From Phoronis australis (lineage: Eukaryota > Animalia > Phoronida), in the NCBI GenBank assembly GCA_002633005.1, contig NMRA01000173.1, positions 619,338 to 683,337 on the forward strand: a stretch of DNA of 64,000 nt, in the 5' to 3' direction. Position numbers and translations under genes: made by a program. The notes below the pieces were generated by a model that searched no databases, was not told the DNA's origin, and saw only the letters and a list, made by a program, of their open reading frames with translations. This document shows, in pieces, positions 38,420-51,867 of this stretch (position 1 is its first letter; every line of letters starts with the position of its first letter).

Positions 38420-39570
38420 GGTTCAATATGGCGGTTATGGCTGACATTTAGTTATCAAAATCGTACTCGAATACTTCTCAGTTCTGAAACACATTTTTTA
38501 TCACACTGCATTCATAATCAGCACATAGAAAAAGCAACTCACTGCTACTGATACAAAGTTTCAACGTCTTACTTTCAATATTGCAAATTTTTTATTGAGG
38601 TACCTTTAATTTTGTCCACAACTATTTTTTCTAGCAGAGGTTGCAATATGTTTATAATGACGTTAGTTTGAAAATTGTGCGTATTTGTTGACTTTTCATA
38701 TGAAACTTACATTCAAGATGGTGTCTATGCCTGCCATTTTATATTTCTCATTTGACTGAGAGGTGTCTCATTCTGTATATGTCGCATTTTTTCGCTTGAT
38801 CGTCATGAATTAATACACGAAATGTCTCATTAATATTTCGAGGGCTATTGTTTTTAGCTGAAATCTAGCTAAAAGTAATGCGGTAGTAACCATTTTTCAC
38901 TGCAATTAACTTGTACGGTTCTTGAGTTATTTAAGATTTTTCAATTGCTGCTCTCTAATTAATTGAGTTTATTGTGCCGTATCTCAGGTGTCTCTAGACA
39001 AGTCTGTCGGAAATTTGGTATGTGGATAGATATCACCAAGCACTATAAGTATTGTGGAACCCATTTGTTGCTCCAACTTACCGTTCTCGATATATTCAAG
39101 ATTTGTAGGTCATATGACTTCTTTTATTGACTTATTCCTCCCTGTACTTTGGTTGGTCCATCATCATATTCGTGGTACAGGTTGCATTTTTGTGTGATAG
39201 ACGTGAAATTTACACCCAATGTTTATTTTGTCAGTATCTCTTTAGAGGACTGTTTTTTTGGTTGAAATCGGACACAAGATGGCACTGTAATGCTAATTTT
39301 TCTCACAATCCTTTATGGAGCCGTAGCTCTACTGTTCCTTGACACAACCTTCTGAAATATGGTAAGAAGATAGATGTCCTCATTAACTACCTACAGTGTC
39401 TTATTTGTTTATCTTTCCAACATAGTATTCTCAACTTATTCAAGATTTGTTGATTTGAGGACTGTTTTTTTGTTGACCGATTCCTCAGGTACACTTAATG
39501 GTTTGTCATTTATTATACTTCGGTGTGATAGGCATTGGGGCCCCCGTGGTTGTTCAGGTGTTCTTGTGTT
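38420..39570. mobile_element. Old Helentron/HINE-like remnant
   Basis: Recurring tcaa(g/t)atgg, gaaatttggtatg and attcaagattt motifs, ending ...ggggccccc...ttcttgt. Very degraded. Confidence 0.3.
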
Positions 39571-40904
39571 AGTCGACCTTAGCTTTTAAGTTTTTCTGTC
39601 GATTTTGACAATGCTCTCATATTAGATTTCTCTTATTAGGCGCTACCTCTCATACTTTTCCAACCAGTGAAGTTCTATGAATTCTTAATACTGGTTGAAA
39701 GAACAATACAAGTAGGCACTTGCCAGCCTCCTGTTCGGCACTGAACACTAGGACCTCGCTAAAGAGCAAGGCTTCACGAAATTACATGAGATATTTTCAT
39801 ATATTTTAAATGAGAACACGTGACTTTGGATGGATTTTAACTAGGTCCTACCGTAGGTCCTAGCGTTACTGAACGCACGCCATATCGCCTGTGCTTTTAT
39901 GACTGGCTTCTTTACGTACTTGGGGATTTGTAAACAGAGATGGCTGTCGGTGATAACCGCCGTCAGTGATAACCGCGGTCAGTGGTAACTGCTGCCTGTT
40001 TTGGCAAAATTCTTTCTCTGACTACTCTGGACCCTACGGACTTAATGCAACATTGAAAATGTTAAACTTTTTCAATGTTTAAATGACAAAAAATGGTGAA
40101 CTTCAGGGAAAGCGAAGTTAAGCACAATGCAACTGTTGTTGCTTTGTTGACATGGCCCAACCTAAGCTACCTAAGTAACACAATGAGGCGACATGACTTG
40201 GGTGTACACCAACATCATGGTGATCTTAACACCACTAAAGAATGCAGTGAAATTTGAATGGTGGAGCACGTCATGCTCCTGACGATGACGGATGTATGTG
40301 ATCGAAGGTCCAGGAATTGATGTAAATTATGTATTCATGTGTTTTAAGTTGTCTATGTGTTTGAATTTGAATACTTGGCAGCTGTTACATTGGGTGCCAT
40401 TAATTCAAGAGCGTGTTTTATTCCAAGCCTATGAGAGGATTGCTAGGAATCTAGAATCGTTAGAAGCAAGTGTTTTATTCAACAGCACTTGTCCTCATAA
40501 GAATATTTAATCGTCATGGTAACTGTTATGCCAGCAATTCAGGAAAAACAATGATCGCAATGTTGAGAGCATTTTAAAGTGATGAGACCTGCAGTTAGAA
40601 AAATGCAGAGGGTTGGTTTTATCGCATTTGTGTATGATTTGGTGAGATATATCATAGTCATATCTTGCTAAATATTACTGTAGCTATGCAATTTGTTAAG
40701 CAAGTCATTTTTCAATAGTATCTTGCAAGTTTTACATCTAGATTTGATGATGGGAAACATTCTAAGAGAATGTTCAGTCTGATTTTAGTTGACCACAAAA
40801 GGAAATTTATCAGATGACTCAACTTGAGTTTTCACAAAATATGCTTGAGCACTGTGAATTATATTTTAAGTTTAGTTTTACAGAGGAAATAGTATGTGCT
40901 TAAT

Positions 40905-41152
40905 ACAATATCAGTGGTATATAGGTGCTCAATAAAATACCAGTCGTGTATAGGTGCTCAATAAAATACCAGTCGTGTATAGGTGCTCAATACAGTACTG
41001 GTGATGTACAAGTGTTCGATACAATACCAGTGGTGTATGGGTGTTCAATACAATACCAGTGGTGTGTAGGTGCTCAATACGATACCAGTGGTGTGTAGGT
41101 GCTCAGTGCAATACCAGTGGTGTGTAGGTGCTCAATACAATACCAGTGGTAT
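40905..41152. repeat. About 29-30-bp minisatellite, about 8 copies
   Basis: taggtgctcaata(c/a)aataccagtggtgtg units. Confidence 0.9.
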
Positions 41153-41851
41153 GTATACAGGAATTCATGTTCACAACTTCTGTATTTACAGTGGTAGTAA
41201 CCTAGTCTGAAATAGCATGCACACTTCTGATGGGAATCAAACTGATTTTCATAATCGATGATCGGACAATGACCCGCATCTAGTCTTTTATTACCATCAA
41301 TAATCATATTTGTATAAAATATTAAAGGGCCATTTTTCTGCTGTTGAATTCTGGACTAAAGCGCTTTGTGGTTTGAAAATCATGCTCATCCCTGTTCCAT
41401 TCTTGAGCTCAAGTAATAGCAATCCAAACATGTTCCATTTCTGAATTCGCAATTTTAGGATAGGCCAATTCCAATGAACTCTCTAAGTAGTGGATGGTTT
41501 TGATGTTCTTGTGAGTGAAATAAAATTGCATCATCATTAGGAGTGTTATAAGACTGGTTTTATGTTTTAAATATTAAACTTTGAGAAAAATCACTGTAGC
41601 AGTTATTTTTATATGTCACAATTTAATCTATTACTTGGGTTTATTGATATTTGTGTAGTACGCATTATGTTGTAAAATGCTAGGACAGTACTATCATTGG
41701 TTATGTATGTCCATTTGTGTAGTACGCATTATATTGTAACATCTAAGGTCGGTATTATGTATGCCTGTTTCCGGACATCTCCATATTTGACTAATTAGCT
41801 TTCAAAATTGAGCTCTAGTACTTGGTTTCATTTGATTATTGTTCAGTTATA

Positions 41852-42303
41852 CAGACCTGTCAAGTCTCACGCATCTCGCGTGAGTCTCTCGCATTTGGCC
41901 ACTGCCTCGCGCACTCACGCGAGCCTTAAGCTATCTCAATCAAAATGAATTTTTTGGTCGTGAATTTCCAAAAGCCTAGTTTTCTACGCTTATATCATGG
42001 TTATATGATCCTTAGCGGTGTTGACGATGAGTCAAGTGACATGCGGAGCACTCTGTCACGTAGTACACATTATTATGGGTATTCTTTATTATAAAGACGA
42101 TGTAATATCGTTTTCATGAAATAAAATGTTTTTTTATTAATTTAATATGACTAGTTAAGTCTTATATTTTAGGTTATATCAAGTTTGATAATTAGTGAAG
42201 ATATCGCCAGGAACCTCAAGCAAAATTTGAGTAAATTTGTCCAATCTCAAGCAAAATTTCAATCAACCTCCAGCAAAGTTGTTATAACCCCTTGGCAGGT
42301 CTG
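41852..42303. mobile_element. hAT-like MITE
   Basis: TIRs cagacctgtcaag / cttggcaggtctg, with a subterminal ctcacgc/gcgtgag palindrome. Confidence 0.7.
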
Positions 42304-42414
42304 GTTGTAGTTACCATACGCCCATCACTAAAGTACACCTACAATTGGTATTACATTGAGGTTGTATGCTGAGCGTTGACTACGTAGTATGTATGCATTT
42401 TGGTTTCTTTAGTG

Positions 42415-42773
42415 CCGTTTACACAAAAAAAGTTCACACCGATCAGCTGAATCGGAACGAGATGTTCTAGCGCAAGTATGTATGTAAACAAGATTGACCT
42501 GGAGAAAATTGACAACTTTTGCCAGCCGTTTGTGAAGTAGAGCAATTTGCACTGGATCATCTTGTTCCATGTCAATTATATGTCTAAATGCAAAACTGGG
42601 GCAAGGCGGAAAGGAACTGGGGCAAGGCGGAAAGGAACTGCGCTTGTATAATGATCTACATACGGGTTCTCTGTTTCTACAACTCCCGCCATTTGTAAAC
42701 CTGCACATGTACGTGACCATCTGTAGCCTACAACTTCGTCTTGCCCCAGTTATTGACTTGTGTGTGTAAACGG
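42415..42773. mobile_element. MITE with CCGTTTACACA TIRs, containing a 21-bp direct duplication
   Basis: ccgtttacaca ... tgtgtaaacgg. aactggggcaaggcggaaagg x2 at about 42594-42640. Confidence 0.6.
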
Positions 42774-44544
42774 TCGCTTGACACAGATCAATTTGTTCCG
42801 TGTCAGTTGGCCCAGGCCAAAAGTTGATGTCTAAATGGGACTTTGTCTGTCAACTTTATGTATGTACATCTTAATTGACTGCTGACTATTTTGTTATGTC
42901 TCTTGGAGGGTCCTTGGCGACTTACTCTTGTGTCTATCCACCTTTGTGGGATGTTCTGAGGTCTTTTTTCGATATAGTCGTAAGGCCCTTTCCTACTGAC
43001 TAACTCCAGTGTTAGCGGAGTGTCGACGTAAACTGCAACAGTAACTTGAACCGTTGGTACTGGCTTCAGTAGTTAACGGATGTCGACATGTGCTGCTGTT
43101 GTCATCGAAGTAGCCGTAAGGTGGCACTGATGCATCGTGTGCACACCAAGATTTCTGTATGTGACAATTTGGGAACATTTACATGTGCTAATTGACATAA
43201 AACTGATTTCTAATTCGTGAATTGGTGATTATTTGAGCAAAATATAAGTGACTATTAGCGATGACACTGCCCTTAAATTGTTGACGATAACAGTGGTCCC
43301 CTAGCAATAACTTCGATGGGACCGAACTTGACCGGTCATACTGCACTGCAGCATCGATGCTCCGCTGTTAGATCCACCTGTTTACTGCGAACTTAACTGC
43401 CACTGTTAACTTCGATCCAGGACTGAGGTTAACCGTTCATACTGAATGCAACTCCCCAAAACATCGAGGTGTATGAAAGGGCCTATTTATGAAGTTGCAC
43501 CTGGCAATTGGACTGAAACAGTCTGGTCCAAACGTCATATGTATGAAAAATGTATGAAAATATACATGACAATCAGACTGTGTAGACAGTTGGGTACAAA
43601 AATCATATGTAACAATGCATGTGACAATCGGACTATGTAGACAGTTGGGTACAAAAGTCATACCGGGTCTTAATTGGGTGTGAAATCTTTTGGTGTTATA
43701 TTTTAGTATAAATTAATACATGTCCATTTCTGGAAAGGCATTTTTTCGCATCATAATCTGTTCTGGCGTGTATTTCATCCACGGAACACTTACATAAATG
43801 GCCCGCATTTTCATACTAGTGAGCCAATACAATAACCTACTCATGTATCGATCATTTGTGTTTGTTCTAGGAAGGTGAATGCATATCAAAGATGCGGGCT
43901 TTTTAACACACGCTAGGGAAACAATGGGTAAAGCAGAAAACATCTCACTCCATGACAACCAGGGATCTGTATTTTTATGTGCACAGACAAGCACACACAT
44001 ATGGGTGCATTTTGCCATCATTTGACATCCGCTGTTGTTTCTCCACCCTTGATGGATGTTTGGCTGGGAAATTTAGCAGACATGTGCCAGTCATAGATGA
44101 AACAGCACAAGAATTTTCAGACCAATACGACTTCCGCTCTGTCCTCTAATGTCAACTTTAATTATTTACGTTTTCCCCTGTATCTTCTGAGTTCCTTGAT
44201 GGTTTTTCACGAAATGTTCAACTAGGTTTCTATTATTTAGGAGATGATGGATTTGTTTGTTATCTTGTGTAACACGTTTTTTGTTTTGGGAACTGGTTTT
44301 TAGCTGTCCACATCTCTATCAGTCAAACCACTCATTATGAAAGTTAGCATGCATATTCCAGTTGGGAAAAGCAATGATGAACAGGTGCTTTGGCATGCCT
44401 TAAGTAATTTATTTGAATATTCATGTCCCACTTGTAATGCGTATACATTCATTCAAAGTGGAGTGCCATTACTTGTAGGGCTGCCTGAATATCTTGGACC
44501 TCTTAAGTGATGCATGTTTGATTTTTCAACCTATAGTTCGACTT

Positions 44545-44665
44545 AAAAAAATTTCGCCACACAAAAAGACGCCACAAAAAGTCGCCACAAAAAGTCGCCA
44601 CAAAAAGTCGCCACAAAGTCGCCAAAAAAAGTTGCCACCAAAAGTCGCCACAAAAAGTCGCCACT
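44545..44665. repeat. About 13-bp tandem repeat (aaaaagtcgccac), about 9 copies
   Basis: Directly visible. Confidence 0.9.
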
Positions 44666-44908
44666 GCGAGTGTCAAACAGTAATTCCCTCTAAATTCATT
44701 GACTTCCAAACTTTAAATTACTAACAGTTTTCCAAAAAATCGGGCAAGATCAGTCAAATAGTTGCCACCAGTGTATGCTATCATCTGCCTTCTATGTTAC
44801 TTTGTTGGCGTGAGGAATTGAGTTAGTGAGAGAATGTACATTTACGGGAAGAAACTGGACATGTAGGCGCAAGATACTGAGAATGGGACATGTTACGACT
44901 GTACGACC

Positions 44909-45461
44909 TTTTTATGCGCCCACATATTTATATGTCGACGCATTATGCCGCCATCTCCGTCTGTCCGGGCGGCGTCCAGCGTCCGCTGCTCTATCTCCAA
45001 AACCCTTTGACATACGTTCATGAAATTTGGCACATATGTTCCATTCATGAATGGGACGGCATGTGCGAACTTTCGGACGGATCCGACTACCGGTGTGCCC
45101 CCTAGTGGCAATTTTAGTTTTTTACGCTTACCTTTGTATCTTCAAAAGTCCTGGACGGATTTTCATGAAATTTGGTATGTAGGCATCTATTAGTGAGTTG
45201 ACGCTATCCTCCCGTTTTCGGATGGATTCGACATAGTTTGCACCACCTGGTGGCCACTTTTAGTGTTTTCAAGTCTGTTTTTGTGCGTCCACCCCTCTAT
45301 CAACCAAACCGCTCAAAGGATGATTGTGAAAATTGGCATGTATATGCTTACTATGTAGAGGACAGTTGACGATGATTTTCCGACGATTTCGACTACTGTG
45401 ATGCCTCCTAGTGGCAGTTTTGTTTTTTTTTGCGCCTATGGCTGTATCTCCTAAACCGTTC
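44909..45461 (+). mobile_element. Helentron-associated (HINE/DINE-1-like) non-autonomous element with about 150-bp internal repeats
   Basis: T-run start, 5' hairpin atgcgcccacata...tatgtcgacgcat, a ccgtctgtcc microsatellite seed, then three diverged units each with tgaaa(t)ttgg and a gcc.cct.gtggc motif. Cut by the N at 45462. Confidence 0.65.
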
Positions 45462-45462
45462 N

Positions 45463-47816
45463 AAATTGGCAAACCCAAAAAATCGGGGGTGGGCGGTTAA
45501 CTAGACATGGGCGCTTAAACGTGAAATTTCAAGAAATCCAGGGTGGACGGTTAACTGAACATGGGCGCTTATTATGACAGGCAACTGCCCTGGGCGGTTA
45601 ATCTTACCTCGTAATCCAAGTCCCAACAGCACACACACGTACTCAGAACGCGTAGCATTTTTCAAAGAGCTTTAACGTCACGTCGCCACATGACGGAAAT
45701 ATGTCATAACAGCGGATGATCCCAACAAAGGTTCTCTTGCCCTCAGATTAGTTATTCACTATTAAATTTACAGAATTGCTGAGTAATAGCCCCGTGCCGT
45801 CCTGCGGTCTTGTTACTTTGCCCTGTAGAGCGCAGACGACCAGTGACCACGCAGCGTCAACTTTGATTGCTACTATTTCAAGGTGATCTTGCTAAAGTGC
45901 GCGCGTGCAAGCTTCACGCGTTGCAGAGGTCACCTCGTACTAGCTGTCAAGTTCATAGAGAGCAGTTGTAATTCAGATGTTTTTTGTGTTTGGAATGTTT
46001 ATAGTCAACACTCCGTGACTCAATGACATTTTCTGCGTATGGTTCTGCGGCTAGCTGTTTTATCTCGACCGCCTGGCATTGCTCACTTGCCGTTGCGCAA
46101 AACATGCTCGGCAAAGAAGTAAGACAAGAATCGGGGTTAAGCTTCCATGAGCCACTCGTCAATCAAGAATAAAATTTTGAGCCACGGCATAAATATGTGA
46201 TAAAACATCACAAAACAACGATGTTTCAATTCATTCTTAGACGATCACCTTACCAAACTTCGTGGTGGAAAAACATATTTTATATGCAAGATGTCCAGAT
46301 CCTATTTATATCACCTACAATATCGCACTGCCGCACTGTTCGGTCCCGCTGTTAGCGCGCAATGTCTCATTCGGCTGACAATCGTGATTTGGAAATGCCG
46401 TCAAGTAATATAACGGCCTCTTTCAATACGCGTCTCGTTTTTTATGGCCGCAATAGCGGCGGGATTCAGCACGCACGTAGGGCCTACGTGTGAGTCACCT
46501 GTCAATCACACGTTGGTGTCAAGGAATATACACTCCAAAGTGTTGGAACTTGCGCGCGTGCACCACTACTAACTCACACATCAAAATAGAATAGCGACAG
46601 TCCTAAGGAACAGGCTGAACGGGCATGACTATGTACTTTTAAGCGGTTGTTACGAAAGACCCAGTTCTTTAGGATATCCCTCCGTTGCCAATGTTCCTCA
46701 AAACTGCGATGTCAAGTCAATTCATCGGATGTTTCCCGGCTGGATGCTCCCTAAGCCCATGCCCGTAGCTAGCTGCGTGCACCTCCTACCCACTAATGCC
46801 AAATTTCAGTCAATCTACGCCGTAGATATTTCAGACTCGAATGGTAAGAATTTTTGTTCAGGCTGGAACTGGCCAATGTATAAACAAAATTATTCTGGAT
46901 GGCTAAAAAGGGAATGAGGAAACGATAATTCACACAGTCACAGGGGCTGACGCAAGAAAAAATAAAAAACAGCCAGCGACAGTAGTTAAATCTGCTAACG
47001 CCAGTTTGACTGAGATGCAATAAGCGAAAAACAAAATTTGACTAGCAGTTTTTTATTACTTCAAGATCATACAAAAACATACATTATTGCCAACCTTTGA
47101 ATTCAGAAATCGATAGGCAGCAACGAAATCGGTAACCCAGTAAGGCACTTGTACTGTCCTTTCGGTCGCCACACGTCCTCTATAACCCGGCAGTTACATT
47201 CATCAAAATGAGAATTTGACATCTTTCCGCGAGTTGTGAGATTTTTTCAAAATACGAGAGCTTCCCACCTTAAGAGAATTTGGAGGGTTGGCAAAACCAT
47301 TGTCTCATTTGTTTGGCCTGATTTTTTCGAATATATATTTTATCTAGTGCACTGCAGACCGAAACTCAGTGCGGCAGACAAAGTCGCTGCAGACGGAGGT
47401 TTTGACGCCGGCGGCGTTCTTAAACTTTGCAAACATGGAAAGAAAATAAAGTGACAAAAACGTTAAAGTATTATATTTTGAAGTGAGTCCATGACCCAAG
47501 ACAATAACTCCTTACTTGTATTGTAATTCACATTGCTAAACCACCGTCTCGGAGACCCAGCGTTGTTACGCTCATTGTGATCATTGACCTTTTTGTAAAA
47601 GTCGGGGAATCACCGTTTCCTTAGCATGGGCGCTAAATCTTCATTCTTTAAAAGTCGGGGATGGGCGCTTAACTGAGAGGTGGGCGCTTAACTGGAAATG
47701 TTCAAAAATCGCAGGGGGCGCTTAACCGAGCAGTGGGCGGTTAAATTGAAAATCCAACTAAAGTAGGGGGTGGGCGGTTAACCGAGCATGGGCGTTAACC
47801 CGAACGTTTACGGTAT
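45463..47816. mobile_element. Non-autonomous DNA transposon ending ...TTTACGGTA with many subterminal GGGCG(G/C)TTAA repeats
   Basis: Clusters of tgggcgcttaa/tgggcggttaa at 45485-45605 and 47625-47800. Terminal tacggta. The left end is lost at an N. Confidence 0.65.
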
Positions 47817-48297
47817 TTCATGCCTGTGGAAACATATGTTGTGAAGCAGTCTTTATCTCTTAGTGAATAATTTCATGTAAAGTTGAGCACCAGCTGCCTG
47901 GTGCTTGGCTGTAACTAGCTGTAACAAGTTAAAACTTGCTGTGCTTGGCTGTAACTGTAGCTTAATAAGTTAAAAATTTCCAGCCCTCCTTTACTCTTCT
48001 TAGAGAAGTCAAAATCTAATGATCACGGCCTAAACTGAAATTTCACTCCGCTACAAGGACTGTGTATTTTACCATGGAACCCACATTATACATTTGTACT
48101 AACTTGTGGTGCAATGTACTGTGTCATCGAGGCTATCCTGGTTTCAGTTACTGTCACTGTTGTGATACTTTATTTAGAGACAATGGATTTCCGCGATTAC
48201 TGATAGCAGACGGAGTTCCTGGGTTCTGGCTACTTTATCGGAATCTGAGGTTTCGAACAGACTTCACATATTCCTGTAGTACATGTCATGTTTCAAA

Positions 48298-49430
48298 TAC
48301 CGTACTCGTCCAGGTTACGGCCCATGCTCGGCTTACCGCCCACCCCCGAAAATTTCAATTTTTCATTTTTAAGCGCCCATGCTTGGCATGCTTGGCTTAC
48401 CGCCCACCCCCAATTTTTTATGATCGAGACTTCCGTAAAAGTATCAGTGTGCTTCTGTGAACGTTCGTCGCACAAAATTAAGATTCCAAATCGTGCACAA
48501 CTCAATAACTTTTCTGTGACAATCAATCAGGTTTAGCGGAACCGGGATCTTGCCTTACTATGGCGGTAAAATACCCGTATTCTCATGCCCTTTACTGCAG
48601 GAGACACAACTGTTTCCTTTGGCTCGCGCGTGGAACTCGTGTCGGCATGTACTGAGACAGTGGTTGTCGAATGTATTTCATTTGCTGTAGAAGAACCAGC
48701 AAAGCAGTACTTCACAGGGATATCACGTCTGTGGCCAACCTTTCTGCAATTCCCCGTGGCAGTACACGAAACATAACCACCCTGAGCATTGAAATAAGAA
48801 AAGACATGGTCCGTTGTGACAACTTGTGTTTCTGTTCCCGTCTTGGTTAAACGCATGTATCTAATGACTTTCACTCCTGACACCAATTAGCGCCCAACCA
48901 AAGGCAAGAGCCCCAAAAATCAACTTGTCGTTAGCCCAATTCGAACATTCTGTCCACGCTCTACGTGGTCAACAACTTATTATTTTTAATTCTGATTTGC
49001 CTGATAACTTATTACAAGACGTGTTTTGCTTCATTATTTTGGCAGCTGACCGAGTACCCCTTTTGCCTAATAAATGTATCGTCCTATTGTTGAGCACCTG
49101 CTTTGAATGACAGCAGTGTTGGCTTAGAATATACAATGTAATATAAAATGTTAAATGAGAATACCTGTCAATCATTAGCACGGGCTTGGTTGCCTAAGTG
49201 TCCAGCGGGAAGCAAATCTTTACACAACCAAGTGCTTCCCTTAAAAATACACCGCGAACTAGCGAAGTCTTGTCTAATCTGCCTTATCTCTCAAGAAGCT
49301 TGCCCTACTGAACGCACGCCTACCTGTAGGAATACCTTAGTTCTAAGAGATAACCAGCAGCAACCGAGGTACGTAAAAACCCAATCACGCTCAGGATCGC
49401 GACGCCACTGTATCTTCAATCCCTCAACCT
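48298..49430. mobile_element. Related TACCGTA-start element carrying a degenerate HIRAN-like ORF on the minus strand (48533-48886)
   Basis: taccgtactcgtccaggttacggcccatgctcggcttaccgcccaccccc mirrors the 47765-47816 end. The ORF contains VFSYFNAQGGYVSCTATG.....G...DIPVKYCFAG. Right boundary uncertain. Confidence 0.5.
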
Positions 49431-49519
49431 AAATTTTAACTGATATGCAATGTGTTTTTTTGCTGTGAACAAAATTTGTTGATGTATAAAGCAGAGAAAA
49501 TAGAATTTAATGTTTGCTA

Positions 49520-49620
49520 AAATCAATTCTTCTGTTTTTGAAAACTGAAAATTAGGGTCTATATATCGAGAATCAATTTCTCTGTTTTTGAAAACTGAAA
49601 ATAAGGGTCTCTATATCAAG
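49520..49620. repeat. About 50-bp tandem duplication
   Basis: aatcaatt.t(t)ctgtttttgaaaactgaaaat.agggtct.tatatc twice. Confidence 0.85.
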
Positions 49621-50266
49621 TAGAATTTTAAGGTTAAAATTCATCTTGCTCAAAAGTGCTACTAAGAAGCAAGTCTCTTTTATCACCAGTTTAGTTTAAT
49701 CTCTTGAAAATATAGAAATAAATTCCGCCATCATACAGAGATGTTAATATGTCATAAAGCAATTACTTTCCAATTGAACGCCTGAACTGAACTAATTGCT
49801 GTTGTGTTACAGAGACGCAGCTTGTAGATTAGTTTGAGATTTGTGTGGAGTTCAGTCGAAACCATGTTAGTTTTGAGTATATTGTATTATTGTGAAGAGG
49901 ACTTAATCAGCGCCTCGTCAAACTATGAGCTATGTGGAAAGCAAAGAACATTCATAAACAGATAAGAGACAAAGTGATGCGGAGCAAAAGGTGCTTTCAT
50001 TCCAAAGGAAAAGGTTCAGACAATTCTGCACCCTATTTTTTTCAACATGGAAGGGAAGATATTCTTAGTAGTGTAAGTGCTAATAACAGCATACATGAAT
50101 GTCTAACAGTACATCTAAACTGAAGGGTATCGTTGTAGAATCCTCTGTGTTTGTGGAGCACAGCAGTGCCCCAAACCAATTGATCAGGGAAGCGTGTCAA
50201 ACATCGCGACTACTTATAGGCCATGGGCCTTAGGCCACAGGAGGCCTAGAAAACAACATCTGTGAC

Positions 50267-51655
50267 CACTTTAGGGAGGCAATTTATTTCAGGCGTTTTT
50301 GATGTCGCAACTCATTGTACTTTATAAATCAATAAAGTTTCCGCGTTTAAACTTGCACATTTTTGTGAAATTTGATGTTAAAATAGTGCCAATTCAGCAA
50401 ATTCTACATGGAATTAAAAAGTTAGAAAAGAAGAAAATTAAGTGTCCATAAAGGATGATGCTGACAATAATATTTCTACAGGCTGCATTAAGTCATAATA
50501 AACATATACTTTGTTATATTTTTCAACTAAAATGTTGAATTATGGAAGAAATATGAATTTATAGGTGACAACTGTTGGCGAAATATGTAACTATCATTCC
50601 TGTGTTTTATGCTGTTTTTACTGTTGGTAAAACTATAATTATCAAACTGACTATGTCTCACCTTTATTTTATCACACATTTACTAATCGGTCATACAAAA
50701 ACAATCACTGCTACAAGTCCAAAGCATACAATTTGTCAAAAAATGGAGACATATATATTATTACATGGCGAAGTCGTTATCCCCCGTTATCTAGAGTCCG
50801 AGTGGATTTTGGAGAATTATCGCCCGAGGGGCGTTAGCCCCGAGGGTGATAATTCTCCAAAATCCACGAGGGCTCTAAATAAGGGGGATAACGGCTGAGA
50901 ACATGTAATAATCTATTTATACCACATACTAAACGAGAAACATAGCAATGAATCGATCTACCTTTCTCGACTCGCCTCGGCTTTGTAACTACTCTCTATG
51001 TCAGAGGCCTGGGGTCGGAGGTCGTGACCTTTTAATTAAAGCCGAGCTATTTTTGTCAAATTATACTTATACTCAAAACCAATTGGAAATTTAAACAAAA
51101 TAGAAATGAAGTGAATCTCTAAATTAAGGTTAAGCAACTATTATAGCTTAAAACACGTTTTTTACANCACTTTAGGGAGGCAATTTATTTCAGGCGTTTT
51201 TGATGTCGCAACTCATTGTACTTTATAAATCAAAAAAGTTTCTGCGTTTAAACTTGCACATTTTTGTGAAATTTGATGTTAAAATAGTGCCAATTCAGCA
51301 AATTCTACATGGAATTAAAAAGTTAGAAAAGAAGAAAATTAAGTGTCCATAAAGGATGATGCTGACGATAATATTTCTACAGGCTGCATTAAGTCATAAT
51401 AAACACATACTTTGTTATATTTTTCAACTAAAATGTTGAGTTATGGAAGAAATATGAATTTATAGGTGACAACTGTTGGCGAAATATGTAACTATCATTC
51501 ATGTGTTTTATGCTGTTTTTACTGTTGGTAAAACTATAATTATCAAACTGACTATGTCTCACCTTTATTTTATCACATATTTACTAATCAGTCAAGATAC
51601 AAAAACAATCATTGCTACAAGTCCAAAGTATACAATTTGTCAAAAAGTGGAGACA
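50267..51655. repeat. About 485-bp near-identical direct duplication across a single N (50267-50750 vs 51168-51655)
   Basis: Both copies start cactttagggaggcaatttatttcagg and differ by scattered SNPs and a 3-bp indel. N at 51167. Confidence 0.9.
50757..51165. mobile_element. Long-hairpin dispersed element (copy 2), inserted at a TA-rich site
   Basis: Same hairpin and tail as 22971-23385. Preceded by atatatat and truncated by the N. Confidence 0.85.
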
Positions 51656-51867
51656 AAGGTATAGCATAACAACAAATGCAATCTGAAGAAGTACAAAAGG
51701 CCGAGAAATTAACAAGATAAAAACCCATTACTAGAGACGTAAATATGAAAATAGAAAAATATTTGACAAAGCACCGGGATCACTGGGCCAGTTACTAGCC
51801 CGGTTTCTGTCTTTTACGACGATGTCTTTCCAAGCTCCTCTGGCTGAGATGCGAGTCCATCACACCG

